In this document: positions 49,412-58,796 of the stretch, piece after piece
How the letters are laid out: every line of letters starts with the position of its first letter
How positions within the stretch are numbered: the first letter of the stretch is position 1
NCBI GenBank assembly: GCA_041662625.1
Contig: JBAZSB010000001.1
Coordinates: 681,385-745,384 of the forward strand
DNA length: 64,000 nucleotides
Direction of reading: 5' to 3'
Origin: Patescibacteria group bacterium
GTDB taxonomy: Bacteria; Patescibacteriota; Patescibacteriia; Buchananbacterales; UBA6539
The notes under the pieces: model-generated
Seen by the model: only the letters and a program-made list of their open reading frames with translations
Told to the model about the DNA's origin: nothing
The model's database searches: none
Program-made: the position numbers and the translations under genes

Positions 49412-50194
49412 TTAGTCAGCCTCCGCCCATTGCCTGACAGATTCGGTAATTAACCGTTTCATCTCCGCCTGTTGGTCGGGCTCAGCGTAACTATGCTCAG
49501 CCCCGATCACAACTTGGACTTCGGTCCCAAGAACCGCGGCCAATCTACGGCTCTGGTCAATCGGCACGCAAGTGTCCTTCTCACCGTGGATGATCAGGGT
49601 GGAGCAACGGATGCCGGCTGACATACGCATCGTGTCATATGACTGAAGATCGACCCAGTAGTCGTAACTCAGGTCATACTCCACGATGTCATGATTATCA
49701 TGCAGGGTTCCCTGCTCTTGCCATTCCCTAATCTGTGTATTACCCAGCCGTTCTTGCCAGAAGCGTATTGGTTCAGTCACAGGGGACTTCAGGATCAGCC
49801 GTTCAACGGTCGGATCTTGGGCAGCCACAACCAGTGAGACTAGCCCGCCAAAGCTGGCACCGAGCAAGGCAATATGGTATTGCCCAATTCCTCGTAAATA
49901 AGCAATCACGGCGTTCAGACTGGCAACAGCCTTAGTCAGGGTAACATCGGCTGATACAGCGTATCCACTTGTGTGGCCGTAGAGCGGACCATGGCCGTAG
50001 TAGTCATACCGAACGGTTCCGATGCTCAAACGGTTAAACTCCCCCTGAAACTCTTTGTAGAGTCCGCTGTCTCCGCTTGAGGTAAATCCATGCGACATAA
50101 CAACAACTGCCCGGGCATCAGTCGGAATTGAGACGATCGTGCGCACAGGATTACCCGCCGAGTCATAAAGCACCATTGTTTCCTCTATACACAT
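49412..50194 (-). CDS. Alpha/beta hydrolase
   Basis: HGFTS, GASFGG nucleophile elbow, IHGEKDTCVP, GAEH; AGGGAGG SD before ATG 50194. Confidence 0.9.
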   Translation of the reverse strand: MCIEETMVLYDSAGNPVRTIVSIPTDARAVVVMSHGFTSSGDSGLYKEFQGEFNRLSIGTVRYDYYGHGPLYGHTSGYAVSADVTLTKAVASLNAVIAYLRGIGQYHIALLGASFGGLVSLVVAAQDPTVERLILKSPVTEPIRFWQERLGNTQIREWQEQGTLHDNHDIVEYDLSYDYWVDLQSYDTMRMSAGIRCSTLIIHGEKDTCVPIDQSRRLAAVLGTEVQVVIGAEHSYAEPDQQAEMKRLITESVRQWAEAD

Positions 50195-50265
50195 TAGACG
50201 ATTCCTCCCTTCGCTAGACAAAGGTTCAAAACGTTAATCTAATATTACATAATCATTAAGGTTTG

Positions 50266-50370
50266 TCAATAATTTTGGTATTTCGTATCGACTGCATCAC
50301 AAAAATAAATTCTTAATTCTCTAATAATAATGGATAACCTCGTTCTAACGTCGTCCCTCTCCCGACCCCA
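50266..50370 (-). other. Second LSR tail/attR relic abutting the original tRNA-His CCA end
   Basis: GRERDDVRTRLSIIIRELRIYF...*; plus strand ends ...cccg-ACCCCA. Confidence 0.72.
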
Positions 50371-50373
50371 CCC

Positions 50374-50402
50374 AAAACAATCGCCCTAGAGGCGATTTTT
50401 TG
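50374..50402 (+). terminator. Intrinsic terminator (probably the original tRNA operon terminator)
   Basis: aatcgcc-ctaga-ggcgatt plus T tract. Confidence 0.7.
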
Positions 50403-50466
50403 GTAAAATTAGAATATGATTAAAAACTAACCAGATCACATCCAATTTTAATCAACAAAGATTAAT

Positions 50467-51657
50467 ATGAAAGCCAAATCAATCTTTTCCGGAATTAGCC
50501 GCAATGTCGTAATTTTGGGCGTCGTCAGTTTGCTAACCGACTTAAGCGGGCAGATGGTTTTTCCTTTGCTGCCTCTATATATTACTACAGTCTTAGGCGG
50601 CGGCGCCGTGGCCGTCGGCTTAGTGGAAGGCGCAGCCGAAGCAGCCGCTTCACTACTGAAGGTTGTTTCCGGCTACTGGTCGGACAAAATCAAAAAAAGA
50701 AAACCATTTGTCTTTTTCGGTTATTTTCTTTCCGCCATAATGAAGCCGGTATTGGCTTTTGCTAGCAATTGGTTTTTAGTGCTTACCATCCGCGTGGCTG
50801 ACCGGTTTGGCAAAGGTTTACGGGATGCGCCACGCGATGCTATTATTGCCGAATCAAACGAACAAGCGACTTTAGGCAAAGCCTATGGTTTTAACCGGGC
50901 CATGGACGGCCTGGGGTCAGTCGGCGGAGCGATGCTGGCTTTTTTTCTTTTGCCGATTTTTGGTTTTGTAAATTTATTCAAGTTGGCGATTATTCCAGGG
51001 CTAATTTCAGTCGGCTTTGTCGCTTTGGTGAAAGAACCAAAGTACCCTGAAACGATTAATAAAAAAATTTCTTTAAAAGTTGGATTTTCCGAATTAACCC
51101 GCGAGTTAAAATTATTTATCATCATTGCCGCCATCTTTACTTTAGGCAATTACAACTATGCCTTTTTGATGCTGCGGGCAAAAGCCGATGGGTTTGATAA
51201 TGGCCAAACCATTCTGCTGTATGCGGTTTTCTTTTTGATCTATACGCTTTTATCAATGAGGGTTGGGGCTTTATCCGACAAAATTGGCCGCAAACTGATT
51301 ATCATGGCGGGTTACAGCCTATTCACTATTCTTTCCTTGGGCTTGTATTGTTTTGCCGGCAAAGAATATACTGTTGCTTCATTTATAATTCTTGGCATAT
51401 TTTTTGCCCTTATCGATGGCTCCCAGCGCGCGCTGGTCGCTGATTTAGCACCAGCCGATCTTAAGGGAACGGCACTGGGCACTTTTCATACTTTTATTGG
51501 ATTGGCCGCTTTGCCAGCCGGATACATTGCCGGCACTCTTTGGGCTAGTATCAACCCGGGCGCGACATTTCTATTCGGCGCCGCGGTCGGGCTAATTTCA
51601 GTAATCGCGTTTTATCTGGCTTTAGGCAAAACGGAAATTAAACGGCACAAAAACTAA
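50467..51657 (+). CDS. MFS transporter
   Basis: About 12 TMs, SGYWSDKIKKRKP, DRFGKGLRDAPRDA, LSDKIGRK. Confidence 0.93.
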   Translation: MKAKSIFSGISRNVVILGVVSLLTDLSGQMVFPLLPLYITTVLGGGAVAVGLVEGAAEAAASLLKVVSGYWSDKIKKRKPFVFFGYFLSAIMKPVLAFASNWFLVLTIRVADRFGKGLRDAPRDAIIAESNEQATLGKAYGFNRAMDGLGSVGGAMLAFFLLPIFGFVNLFKLAIIPGLISVGFVALVKEPKYPETINKKISLKVGFSELTRELKLFIIIAAIFTLGNYNYAFLMLRAKADGFDNGQTILLYAVFFLIYTLLSMRVGALSDKIGRKLIIMAGYSLFTILSLGLYCFAGKEYTVASFIILGIFFALIDGSQRALVADLAPADLKGTALGTFHTFIGLAALPAGYIAGTLWASINPGATFLFGAAVGLISVIAFYLALGKTEIKRHKN

Positions 51658-51708
51658 TTTGAGTCAAAATAATATTCTGCTCACAAAAATATAATCTTAA
51701 TCGAGTAA

Positions 51709-52860
51709 TTAAGTCAATCTCAAAAAAATTCTCAGCCACAAAAATAAAGCATAAAAATAAATCAGATTATTGATTTTCCTTTTGGTTGGTAAAATAATCA
51801 ACAGACTAAATAAATATAAGTCGGCAACTACCCGCAAAAAAGTCCAATCCTCCACCCAAATATTCTTAGAAAAAGAGAGAAATAGAATAAAATAAAAAAA
51901 CCACGAAATCTTTATAACTAAATCAACTTTTGAAAATTTTAAGCTATAGACAGATATTAAAATTAAAGTGGCCAAAAAACCAATTTCCAGCCAATAAAAA
52001 GAGTTTATTGTTTTAATAATTAACAAACTGCTTATCAAGCCATAAAGAGGAATTAGGTAGGTATTAAAGTGCGAATCAATAAAAAGCGGCCACGTGCCCC
52101 ATACTGAATGGAGATAAAAATGCCAAAATAAAAATACTAGCACGGGAGCGATACTGCTATACAAGACTAATTTATAATTCCTTTCCTTTTTTGACCAATA
52201 CAGATAAAGTGAAGCGACAAATAAAGCAATGAGAAATATAAAATTTGTTTCTCTGGTCAAAACTGTAAAAATTAAAGCTAGGGAAAGAAAAAAATATTTA
52301 TTTGTTTTATAAAAAAACAATGAGGCGAGCAGAAAAAAAACAGCTAATATTTCAGTCAAGTCGCGCGAAAGAGTAAAAAGAAAGCCTGGGTAAAAGGAAA
52401 GAAAAATCCCCCATAAGGCATTCACATTAAATAATTGCAACACTTTACCGGCCAGCCAGCCGATTGTACACAAGGCTAAATAATTAACAATTAATAAAAA
52501 AATAGGCACCAAGGCTGGCTGACTAAAAGATAATAGCCAAACTACCAAAGGGTAAGCAATTCGCTGCTGCCTCAAAGCCGGTAAATCTAATCTAACTCCA
52601 TATTCGGTTTGATTTTTAGTAAAAGGATTTAAAGCTAACCGATAATAAAACTGGCCGTCATAGCCCCATGAATTTTTTTCCACTGTTAAATTAGGAAAGA
52701 CTTCTTTTACATCAGAGAACTTGTCACCAGCAACAACAAAACGAGAAAAGTCATAATTATTGTTTATTAGCTGTAAAGAAATAAAAAATCCATAAAAAAT
52801 GGCAGTTAAAATAAAAACTGCCCAGGGCGAATTAATTTTTTTAAAAAAATTTTTTAGCAT
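51709..52860 (-). CDS. Polytopic membrane protein, GT-C-like surface glycopolymer family
   Basis: GYDGQFYYRLALNP, RIAYP, DLTE, LTRET. Confidence 0.7.
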   Translation of the reverse strand: MLKNFFKKINSPWAVFILTAIFYGFFISLQLINNNYDFSRFVVAGDKFSDVKEVFPNLTVEKNSWGYDGQFYYRLALNPFTKNQTEYGVRLDLPALRQQRIAYPLVVWLLSFSQPALVPIFLLIVNYLALCTIGWLAGKVLQLFNVNALWGIFLSFYPGFLFTLSRDLTEILAVFFLLASLFFYKTNKYFFLSLALIFTVLTRETNFIFLIALFVASLYLYWSKKERNYKLVLYSSIAPVLVFLFWHFYLHSVWGTWPLFIDSHFNTYLIPLYGLISSLLIIKTINSFYWLEIGFLATLILISVYSLKFSKVDLVIKISWFFYFILFLSFSKNIWVEDWTFLRVVADLYLFSLLIILPTKRKINNLIYFYALFLWLRIFLRLT

Positions 52861-52971
52861 CTATTTATTGATTCATAACTATCACCTTAATTATACCACA
52901 ACTAGCTTTTAAGAATAAAAGTTCAATTTTTTTAACTTTAGTTTAGCAACTTTCCAACCAACAACAGCATC

Positions 52972-53003
52972 AAAAAAGTCCTCCTTTAAAGGGAGGCTTT
53001 TTT
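52972..53003. terminator. Bidirectional terminator
   Basis: aaaaaagtcctcctttaaagggaggctttttt. Confidence 0.6.
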
Positions 53004-53021
53004 GAAATTAACGGTTATAAA

Positions 53022-54266
53022 CTATTTGCTGTTTCCCGCCAAGTAACCAGTGGCAAAAGCGATTTGCAAATTGTAGCCGCCGGTTGGGCCATTTAGATCA
53101 ATTATTTCACCGGCAAAAAACAAATTTTTTATAATTTTTGAACCCATGGTTTTGGGATTAATTTCTTTCAAGTTTATACCGCCAACGGTAATGATTGCCT
53201 TTTCAAAACCATCAAGGCGATCAACAGTTAAAGTAAATTCAAAAAATAATTTAAGTAGCCGGCTTTTTTCTTCCCGGGTTAGCTGGCCGGCCTTTTTATT
53301 TTCGTCTATCTTTGAAAGTTTAATAAAAATTGGAATTAATTTTTTTGGCAAAAGCTGGCCCAAACTGTTTTTAAATGCTTTATTGGGATTTTGGCCGAAA
53401 TCTTTTTGCAGCCGCAAATCTAAAGCCGGCCAATCTAAAGCGGGCTTAAAATTAATTTTTAATTCAACTGCTCCTTTAGCCAAGCATTGGCCGATGGTTT
53501 GGCTTAAATCCAGAATAATCGGGCCAGATAAACCGCTAGCGGTAAATAATGCTTCACCGAATTCCGAAGCCACTTTTTTATTGTTTTGATAAACGGCAAT
53601 TGAAACATTTTTCAAACTTAAACCTTCAAGATCTTTAACCCATCTTTCCTTAAGCAAGACTGGCACTAGCGCCGGTGTGGGCTTAACTATTGTATGGCCC
53701 AAATTTTTCGCCCAGTTATAGCCGTCGCCGGTGCAGCCCGTGCCCGGGTAAGCCAATCCCCCGGTCGCTAAAATTATTTTTTGGGCTGTAATCTCATCAT
53801 CAACTAATTTGATTTTTGTTATTAAATCTTTTTGTAAAACCAATTCTTTAATTTTAACTTGCTTAATAACTGTCACCCGGCCCTCGCTTAAAAATCGAGC
53901 TAAAGCATTCAAAACATCTGCCGATAAATCAGAAACCGGAAAAACCCGGCCACCTCGCTCCACTTTGGTCTTCACGCCGAGGTGTTTAAAAAAATCAACC
54001 ACGTCTTTTGGCCCAAAAGCCGCCAACGCGGAAAAAAGAAATGGGCCGTTTACGCCGAGTTCTTTTATAAATCCGCGGTTGTCATCCCGGATATTAGTAA
54101 TATTACACCGACCTTTGCCGGTAATTAACAGTTTTTTACCTAAGGTCTTATTTTTTTCCAACAATACCACTTTAGCTCCGTTTTTGGCGGCTGTACCTGC
54201 TGCCATCATCCCTGCCGGCCCGCCGCCGATCACGGCAACATCAAATTTTTGAGAAGTTTTATTCAT
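53022..54266 (-). CDS. HI0933/BaiN-family flavoprotein oxidoreductase
   Basis: IGGGPAGMMAA, GKKLLITGKGRCN, GEALFT..GLSGP, GPTGGYNLQ. Confidence 0.93.
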   Translation of the reverse strand: MNKTSQKFDVAVIGGGPAGMMAAGTAAKNGAKVVLLEKNKTLGKKLLITGKGRCNITNIRDDNRGFIKELGVNGPFLFSALAAFGPKDVVDFFKHLGVKTKVERGGRVFPVSDLSADVLNALARFLSEGRVTVIKQVKIKELVLQKDLITKIKLVDDEITAQKIILATGGLAYPGTGCTGDGYNWAKNLGHTIVKPTPALVPVLLKERWVKDLEGLSLKNVSIAVYQNNKKVASEFGEALFTASGLSGPIILDLSQTIGQCLAKGAVELKINFKPALDWPALDLRLQKDFGQNPNKAFKNSLGQLLPKKLIPIFIKLSKIDENKKAGQLTREEKSRLLKLFFEFTLTVDRLDGFEKAIITVGGINLKEINPKTMGSKIIKNLFFAGEIIDLNGPTGGYNLQIAFATGYLAGNSK

Positions 54267-54369
54267 AATTTGATTATACCATAGGAGCAATTATTATTTT
54301 AAAAAATCGCTATAAAGGCAATTTAATGGTATAATCAGCTTACTTAGTACTAATTTTACAACAACTTGC

Positions 54370-55695
54370 ATGACTACCCCACTTAACCCTAATAAAACTT
54401 TTAACGAGCTTGGCATTGCTCCTAAGCTTTTAGAAATTTTAGCCCGGCATAAATTTTTTCATCCCACCCCAATTCAGGAGCAATCAATCCCGCCAGCCAT
54501 TGCCGGCAAAGACTTAATGGGCATTGCCCAGACCGGCACTGGCAAAACCTTGGCCTTTGGCATTCCGATGATTCAAAGGATAGCCCAGAATCAGAGCGGA
54601 ATGATGGGTTTAGTTATTTTGCCGACCCGCGAGCTGGCATTGCAGGTTGATCAAACTCTCAAAAAAATCGGCGAATCAATTGGCTTAAGAACCGCCATTT
54701 TAATCGGCGGCGAAAATCCGGCCAAGCAACACAAGGCCCTAAGGCTGAGACCACAGATCATTATTGCTACCCCGGGTCGGATTAATGATCATATTCAAAA
54801 CTCCCATTTAAATTTATCCAAAGTCGGCATTTTGGTACTAGATGAAGCTGACCGAATGCTGGATATGGGCTTTGCCCCGCAGATCAAAAAAATTCTCCAA
54901 TCCGTTCCCAAGCAACGCCAAACAATGCTGTTTTCGGCCACCATGCCCCAGGCAATCGTGGCTTTGGCTAGATCATATATGTCACTTCCTTTGCGCGTCG
55001 AAGTGGCCCCTTCAGGAACAACGGTAAAACAAGTCACGCAAGAATTATTTTTTGTCGACGCCAGAGACAAGATTTCACTTTTGGCAAATGTTTTAAAGCA
55101 ATACCCAGGCAGTGTTTTAATATTTTCCCGGACTAAATACGGCGCCAAAAAAATCACCCACCGAATCAGAGCCATGGGTTATACGGCCAATGAAATTCAC
55201 TCTAACCGAACACTTAACCAAAGGCTGGAAGCTTTAGAGGGTTTTAAAATCGGGCGCTACCGGATATTAGTGGCCACCGATATTGCGGCGCGAGGAATTG
55301 ATGTTTCAAATATTCAGCTTGTTCTTAACTACGACTTGCCGGAAAACCCTGAGGATTATATCCATCGAATCGGCCGGACGGCCCGAGCGGGCAGAACCGG
55401 CCATGCGATTTCTTTTGCCACTCCGGATCAACGCGGCGATATTAAAGGCATTGAACGCTTAATTAGAACTAACCTGCCAGTTTCAGTGACACCGGCTCTA
55501 CCAAGGATAGAACAACCAGTGCTACAATCCAATTCTAAACCAGCTTTTGGCCAAAAACCTCGCCAAAACCTAAACCGTTACAAGCTGGGCCGCTTTCAAC
55601 CACAAAATACCCAAAACAGAAACAACTCCTATAGAAGAAGGAGGAATGGACAAAAATCAAATCGGTCACATGGCCAAAGACAATGGTCTAAATAG
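54370..55695 (+). CDS. DEAD-box RNA helicase (RhlE-like)
   Basis: PTPIQ, AQTGTGKT, PTRELA, DEAD, SAT, ARGID, HRIGRTAR. Confidence 0.96.
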   Translation: MTTPLNPNKTFNELGIAPKLLEILARHKFFHPTPIQEQSIPPAIAGKDLMGIAQTGTGKTLAFGIPMIQRIAQNQSGMMGLVILPTRELALQVDQTLKKIGESIGLRTAILIGGENPAKQHKALRLRPQIIIATPGRINDHIQNSHLNLSKVGILVLDEADRMLDMGFAPQIKKILQSVPKQRQTMLFSATMPQAIVALARSYMSLPLRVEVAPSGTTVKQVTQELFFVDARDKISLLANVLKQYPGSVLIFSRTKYGAKKITHRIRAMGYTANEIHSNRTLNQRLEALEGFKIGRYRILVATDIAARGIDVSNIQLVLNYDLPENPEDYIHRIGRTARAGRTGHAISFATPDQRGDIKGIERLIRTNLPVSVTPALPRIEQPVLQSNSKPAFGQKPRQNLNRYKLGRFQPQNTQNRNNSYRRRRNGQKSNRSHGQRQWSK

Positions 55696-55720
55696 ATAAA
55701 TAAAAAGTTGGCGATAAAAT

Positions 55721-56206
55721 ATGGTAAAAAAATTTCAGTTCTGGAAAAATAAATTCTTTTTTGGCAGTACCTCTGCCATTATTACCAATTTAGCGCTGAT
55801 TGCCGGTTTAGACAGCAGCCTTAACGCCAAGATAAATATCATCGCCAGTATTTTAATGATTGCTATTGCGGACAATATTTCCGATTCATTAGGCATTCAT
55901 ATTTATCAGGAAGCTGAAGGATTGAATAAAAAAGAAGTTTGGACATCTTCATTATCCAATTTTTTGGCAAGATTCTTTCTTTCCATTATATTTATCATTA
56001 TAGTAATATTGCTGCCGCTAAATATAGCAGTGATTGGCTCAATAATATTTGGTTTATCAATTATTGCCATTATTAGCTATGAAATTTCCATTCATAAAGG
56101 AGAAAATCCTTATAAAGCAACGGCTAATCACCTGATAATAGCGGCAGTTGTTATATTTATCAGTAGCTATTTAGGCGACTGGATTAGCCAAAGATTCAAT
56201 TATTAA
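55721..56206 (+). CDS. VIT1/CCC1-like membrane protein
   Basis: FGSTSAIIT...IAIADNISDSLGIHI..E. Confidence 0.7.
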   Translation: MVKKFQFWKNKFFFGSTSAIITNLALIAGLDSSLNAKINIIASILMIAIADNISDSLGIHIYQEAEGLNKKEVWTSSLSNFLARFFLSIIFIIIVILLPLNIAVIGSIIFGLSIIAIISYEISIHKGENPYKATANHLIIAAVVIFISSYLGDWISQRFNY

Positions 56207-56213
56207 ATCATTT

Positions 56214-56350
56214 TTGACTGTTTATAAAACATAAGCTATAATCAAATTGCCTTGGACATTGCGGAGCGATGAAGTGACAGGTCTCAAAAGAGCACTTCAA
56301 AGCTAAGAAACAGTGTCAATTACAACCGGCTTTTGTCGGTTTTTATTTTT
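56214..56350 (+). promoter_or_regulatory. terC promoter plus structured leader ending in an intrinsic terminator
   Basis: TTGACT-17-TATAAT (56214-56242); helices gacattg/cagtgtc and tgaagtg/cacttca; terminator aaccggc/gtcggtt plus T tract before the ATG. Confidence 0.6.
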
Positions 56351-56358
56351 TAATAACT

Positions 56359-57279
56359 ATGCAAGCTCAAACTTACCTATTCATCTTATTTAGTACTGTT
56401 GTCATCGGCTTCCTCGCCGTTGATCTTGGCTATTTCAACCGAAAAAGCCACAAAATCGAATTTAAGCCGGCTTTGTGGCAATCAATGTTTTGGATTGGGA
56501 TTTCTATTGCTTTTGCTTTTTTGGTTTTTCTGTTTATGAGTCGGGAGCTGGCCGCGGAATTTCTGAGCGCTTATGTAACGGAAAAAATGCTTTCAGTAGA
56601 CAATTTATTTGTGATAATGCTGATTTTCAGTTATTTCAAACTGGAAGAAAAATATCACCACCGGGCGCTGTTTTGGGGGATTTTGGGTGCGATTGTTTTC
56701 CGTGGTGTTTTTATCAGCGCCGGCGCTTATTTGGTTCACCAATTTTATTGGATACTATATATCTTCGGAATAATTTTGATTTATACCGGGGCCAAACTTC
56801 TAACCGGTAAAAAAGAAGAACATATTGATTTTGAAAAAAATAAAGTCATTAGACTTGCCAAAAAAATACTGCCGCTGACAACCACTTATCACAACGGAAA
56901 ATTCTTTTTGAAAGAAAAAGGTAAATTATATTTTACCTCATTGTTTCTAACTGTACTACTGGTAGAAACTTCCGACATAATCTTTGCCGTTGACTCTATC
57001 CCGGCTGTATTTTCGATTTCCCAAAATTTATTTATTGTTTTTACTTCCAATATTTTTGCCGTGATGGGACTTCGGGCGCTATTTTTCTTAATTCAGAATG
57101 TATTGCATCTGTTCCATCATCTGCAAAAAGGTTTGGCAATTATTTTATTTTTTATCGGCCTAAAAATGCTTTCCGGAATTATTGGAATCCATATTTCCTC
57201 ACTTATATCTTTTAGTGTTATTATGCTGATTTTAAGTTCATCAATAATACTTTCGGTATATTTTCCGAAAAAAATATAA
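56359..57279 (+). CDS. terC: TerC/Alx family metal homeostasis membrane protein
   Basis: EKMLSVDNLFV, ALFWGILGAIVFR, ETSDIIFAVDSIPA, SNIFAVMGLRAL. Confidence 0.93.
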   Translation: MQAQTYLFILFSTVVIGFLAVDLGYFNRKSHKIEFKPALWQSMFWIGISIAFAFLVFLFMSRELAAEFLSAYVTEKMLSVDNLFVIMLIFSYFKLEEKYHHRALFWGILGAIVFRGVFISAGAYLVHQFYWILYIFGIILIYTGAKLLTGKKEEHIDFEKNKVIRLAKKILPLTTTYHNGKFFLKEKGKLYFTSLFLTVLLVETSDIIFAVDSIPAVFSISQNLFIVFTSNIFAVMGLRALFFLIQNVLHLFHHLQKGLAIILFFIGLKMLSGIIGIHISSLISFSVIMLILSSSIILSVYFPKKI

Positions 57280-57404
57280 ATACTTACCGTGCCGAAGCTC
57301 AAAGTAGAATTAGACTATGCCATAAATCGCCCAAAAGGCGATTTTTTGCTATAATTGCTAGTAGGGTGACTATATAATAGCAAATTAATTAATAACTTAA
57401 ACCT

Positions 57405-57884
57405 ATGAAAATTTATGCTGTTGTAATTACTATCATCGCTGTCTTAGCACTAATTTTAGCCGGCTACTTATTTTGGCAGATGACGGCTATCCAGACTAAC
57501 TTAAACCAAGCCCAAGAGCAACAAAGGCAAGCTAATGATGAACTAACCCAGGTTAAAACTGAGTTAAGCCAAACTAAGGATGAATTGAATAAGGTCCGGG
57601 AACTTATTGATACCGGTCTAACCACGGCCAAAGAGAACTCCGACATTTTAAAAAATTCCCTGGAAACTTTCTTAGTGGCTGGCGATTTGAAAATCTTTAC
57701 CATCAGCGAAACCGAAGCCCAAGCAATAACCGATAAAATCCAAAGCCTTTCAGACAAAATGGACAAAGTCGGCTTGGAAAAAGCCTGGTCTGATTTTTTG
57801 AAAAGCCAAAAAATCACTGATTATTTTGCCTTTGCCCGAGCGGCAGCTTCAAATATCAACGGCAAATTACAAAACATCCATTAG
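57405..57884 (+). CDS. Membrane-anchored coiled-coil protein
   Basis: N-terminal TM plus heptad repeats. Confidence 0.7.
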   Translation: MKIYAVVITIIAVLALILAGYLFWQMTAIQTNLNQAQEQQRQANDELTQVKTELSQTKDELNKVRELIDTGLTTAKENSDILKNSLETFLVAGDLKIFTISETEAQAITDKIQSLSDKMDKVGLEKAWSDFLKSQKITDYFAFARAAASNINGKLQNIH

Positions 57885-57888
57885 AAAA

Positions 57889-58572
57889 ATGAAAGGATTT
57901 AATCTCAAATATCTCGCTTTGATTATTATAATTCTCTTGCTAGTTTTAATTATATTTTTAGTGACAGCAACAAAAAATAGTAGCCCATCAACAGAAGGAC
58001 AAAATAACTCAATTGCAACCAATAATAATAGTTTACCAGTACCAGCAGAAAATTTGTCGGCAAAAAACCAAAAGACTATTGCCGAACCAATCAGCAATGC
58101 TTTGGCGCGAGTAACCAAAAAACCTTTTGGTATTTATGTTTCACCTACTGACTCGCCGGTTAGCCCAGAGAAGTTTACCGGCTATCATGCCGGTGTTGAT
58201 TTTGAAACTTTCAGCGATGAACAGAATTCGGAAGTGGCAATTTATGTCATTTGTTCTGGCCCTTTAGTTTTAAAAAAATCTGCCACTGGCTATGGTGGCG
58301 TGGCAGTCCAGCAATGTCAGATTAACGGCAAGGACGTAACCGTAATTTATGGCCACCTGCGTTTAAATAGCATTACTGCCATACAGGACCAGCTGTTGAA
58401 TGTGGGTGAACAACTTGGCATCTTAGGTAAAGGTTATAGCCCAGAAACTAGTGATGAAAGAAAACATCTGCATTTAGGCATTCATCAAGGCAAAAATATC
58501 AATTTGCTGGGTTATGTCCAAAATCAAGAAGAACTAAGCCAATGGCTTGACGTAACTAATCTCTTAAAATAA
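57889..58572 (+). CDS. M23 family peptidase
   Basis: YHAGVDFE, GYGG, YGHL, HLHLGI. Confidence 0.85.
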   Translation: MKGFNLKYLALIIIILLLVLIIFLVTATKNSSPSTEGQNNSIATNNNSLPVPAENLSAKNQKTIAEPISNALARVTKKPFGIYVSPTDSPVSPEKFTGYHAGVDFETFSDEQNSEVAIYVICSGPLVLKKSATGYGGVAVQQCQINGKDVTVIYGHLRLNSITAIQDQLLNVGEQLGILGKGYSPETSDERKHLHLGIHQGKNINLLGYVQNQEELSQWLDVTNLLK

Positions 58573-58796
58573 CAGGATTGATAAGCTACAAAAATCGCCG
58601 AAAAGGCGATTTTTTGCTTTGGTGAAATTAGATATTCAAATCTCATTGAAATCAACAGCCCGACCAATATTGGTAATAACAGAGGTATTGACATCTTTAA
58701 TGTAAAGTGATAACCTGCACGCATCTTTTCGTACGAAAGGATCCCTACTAGTGGGAGGGTAGACCCTTAGGAAAGTAGACAAGGAGGTTACGCGTA

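Noticed and set aside
50374-58620. Repeated aatcgcc...ggcgattttt motif at about 50379, 57325 and 58593 as a mobile repeat
   Set aside because: Short, located just after gene ends with T tracts; adequately explained as similar intrinsic terminators.
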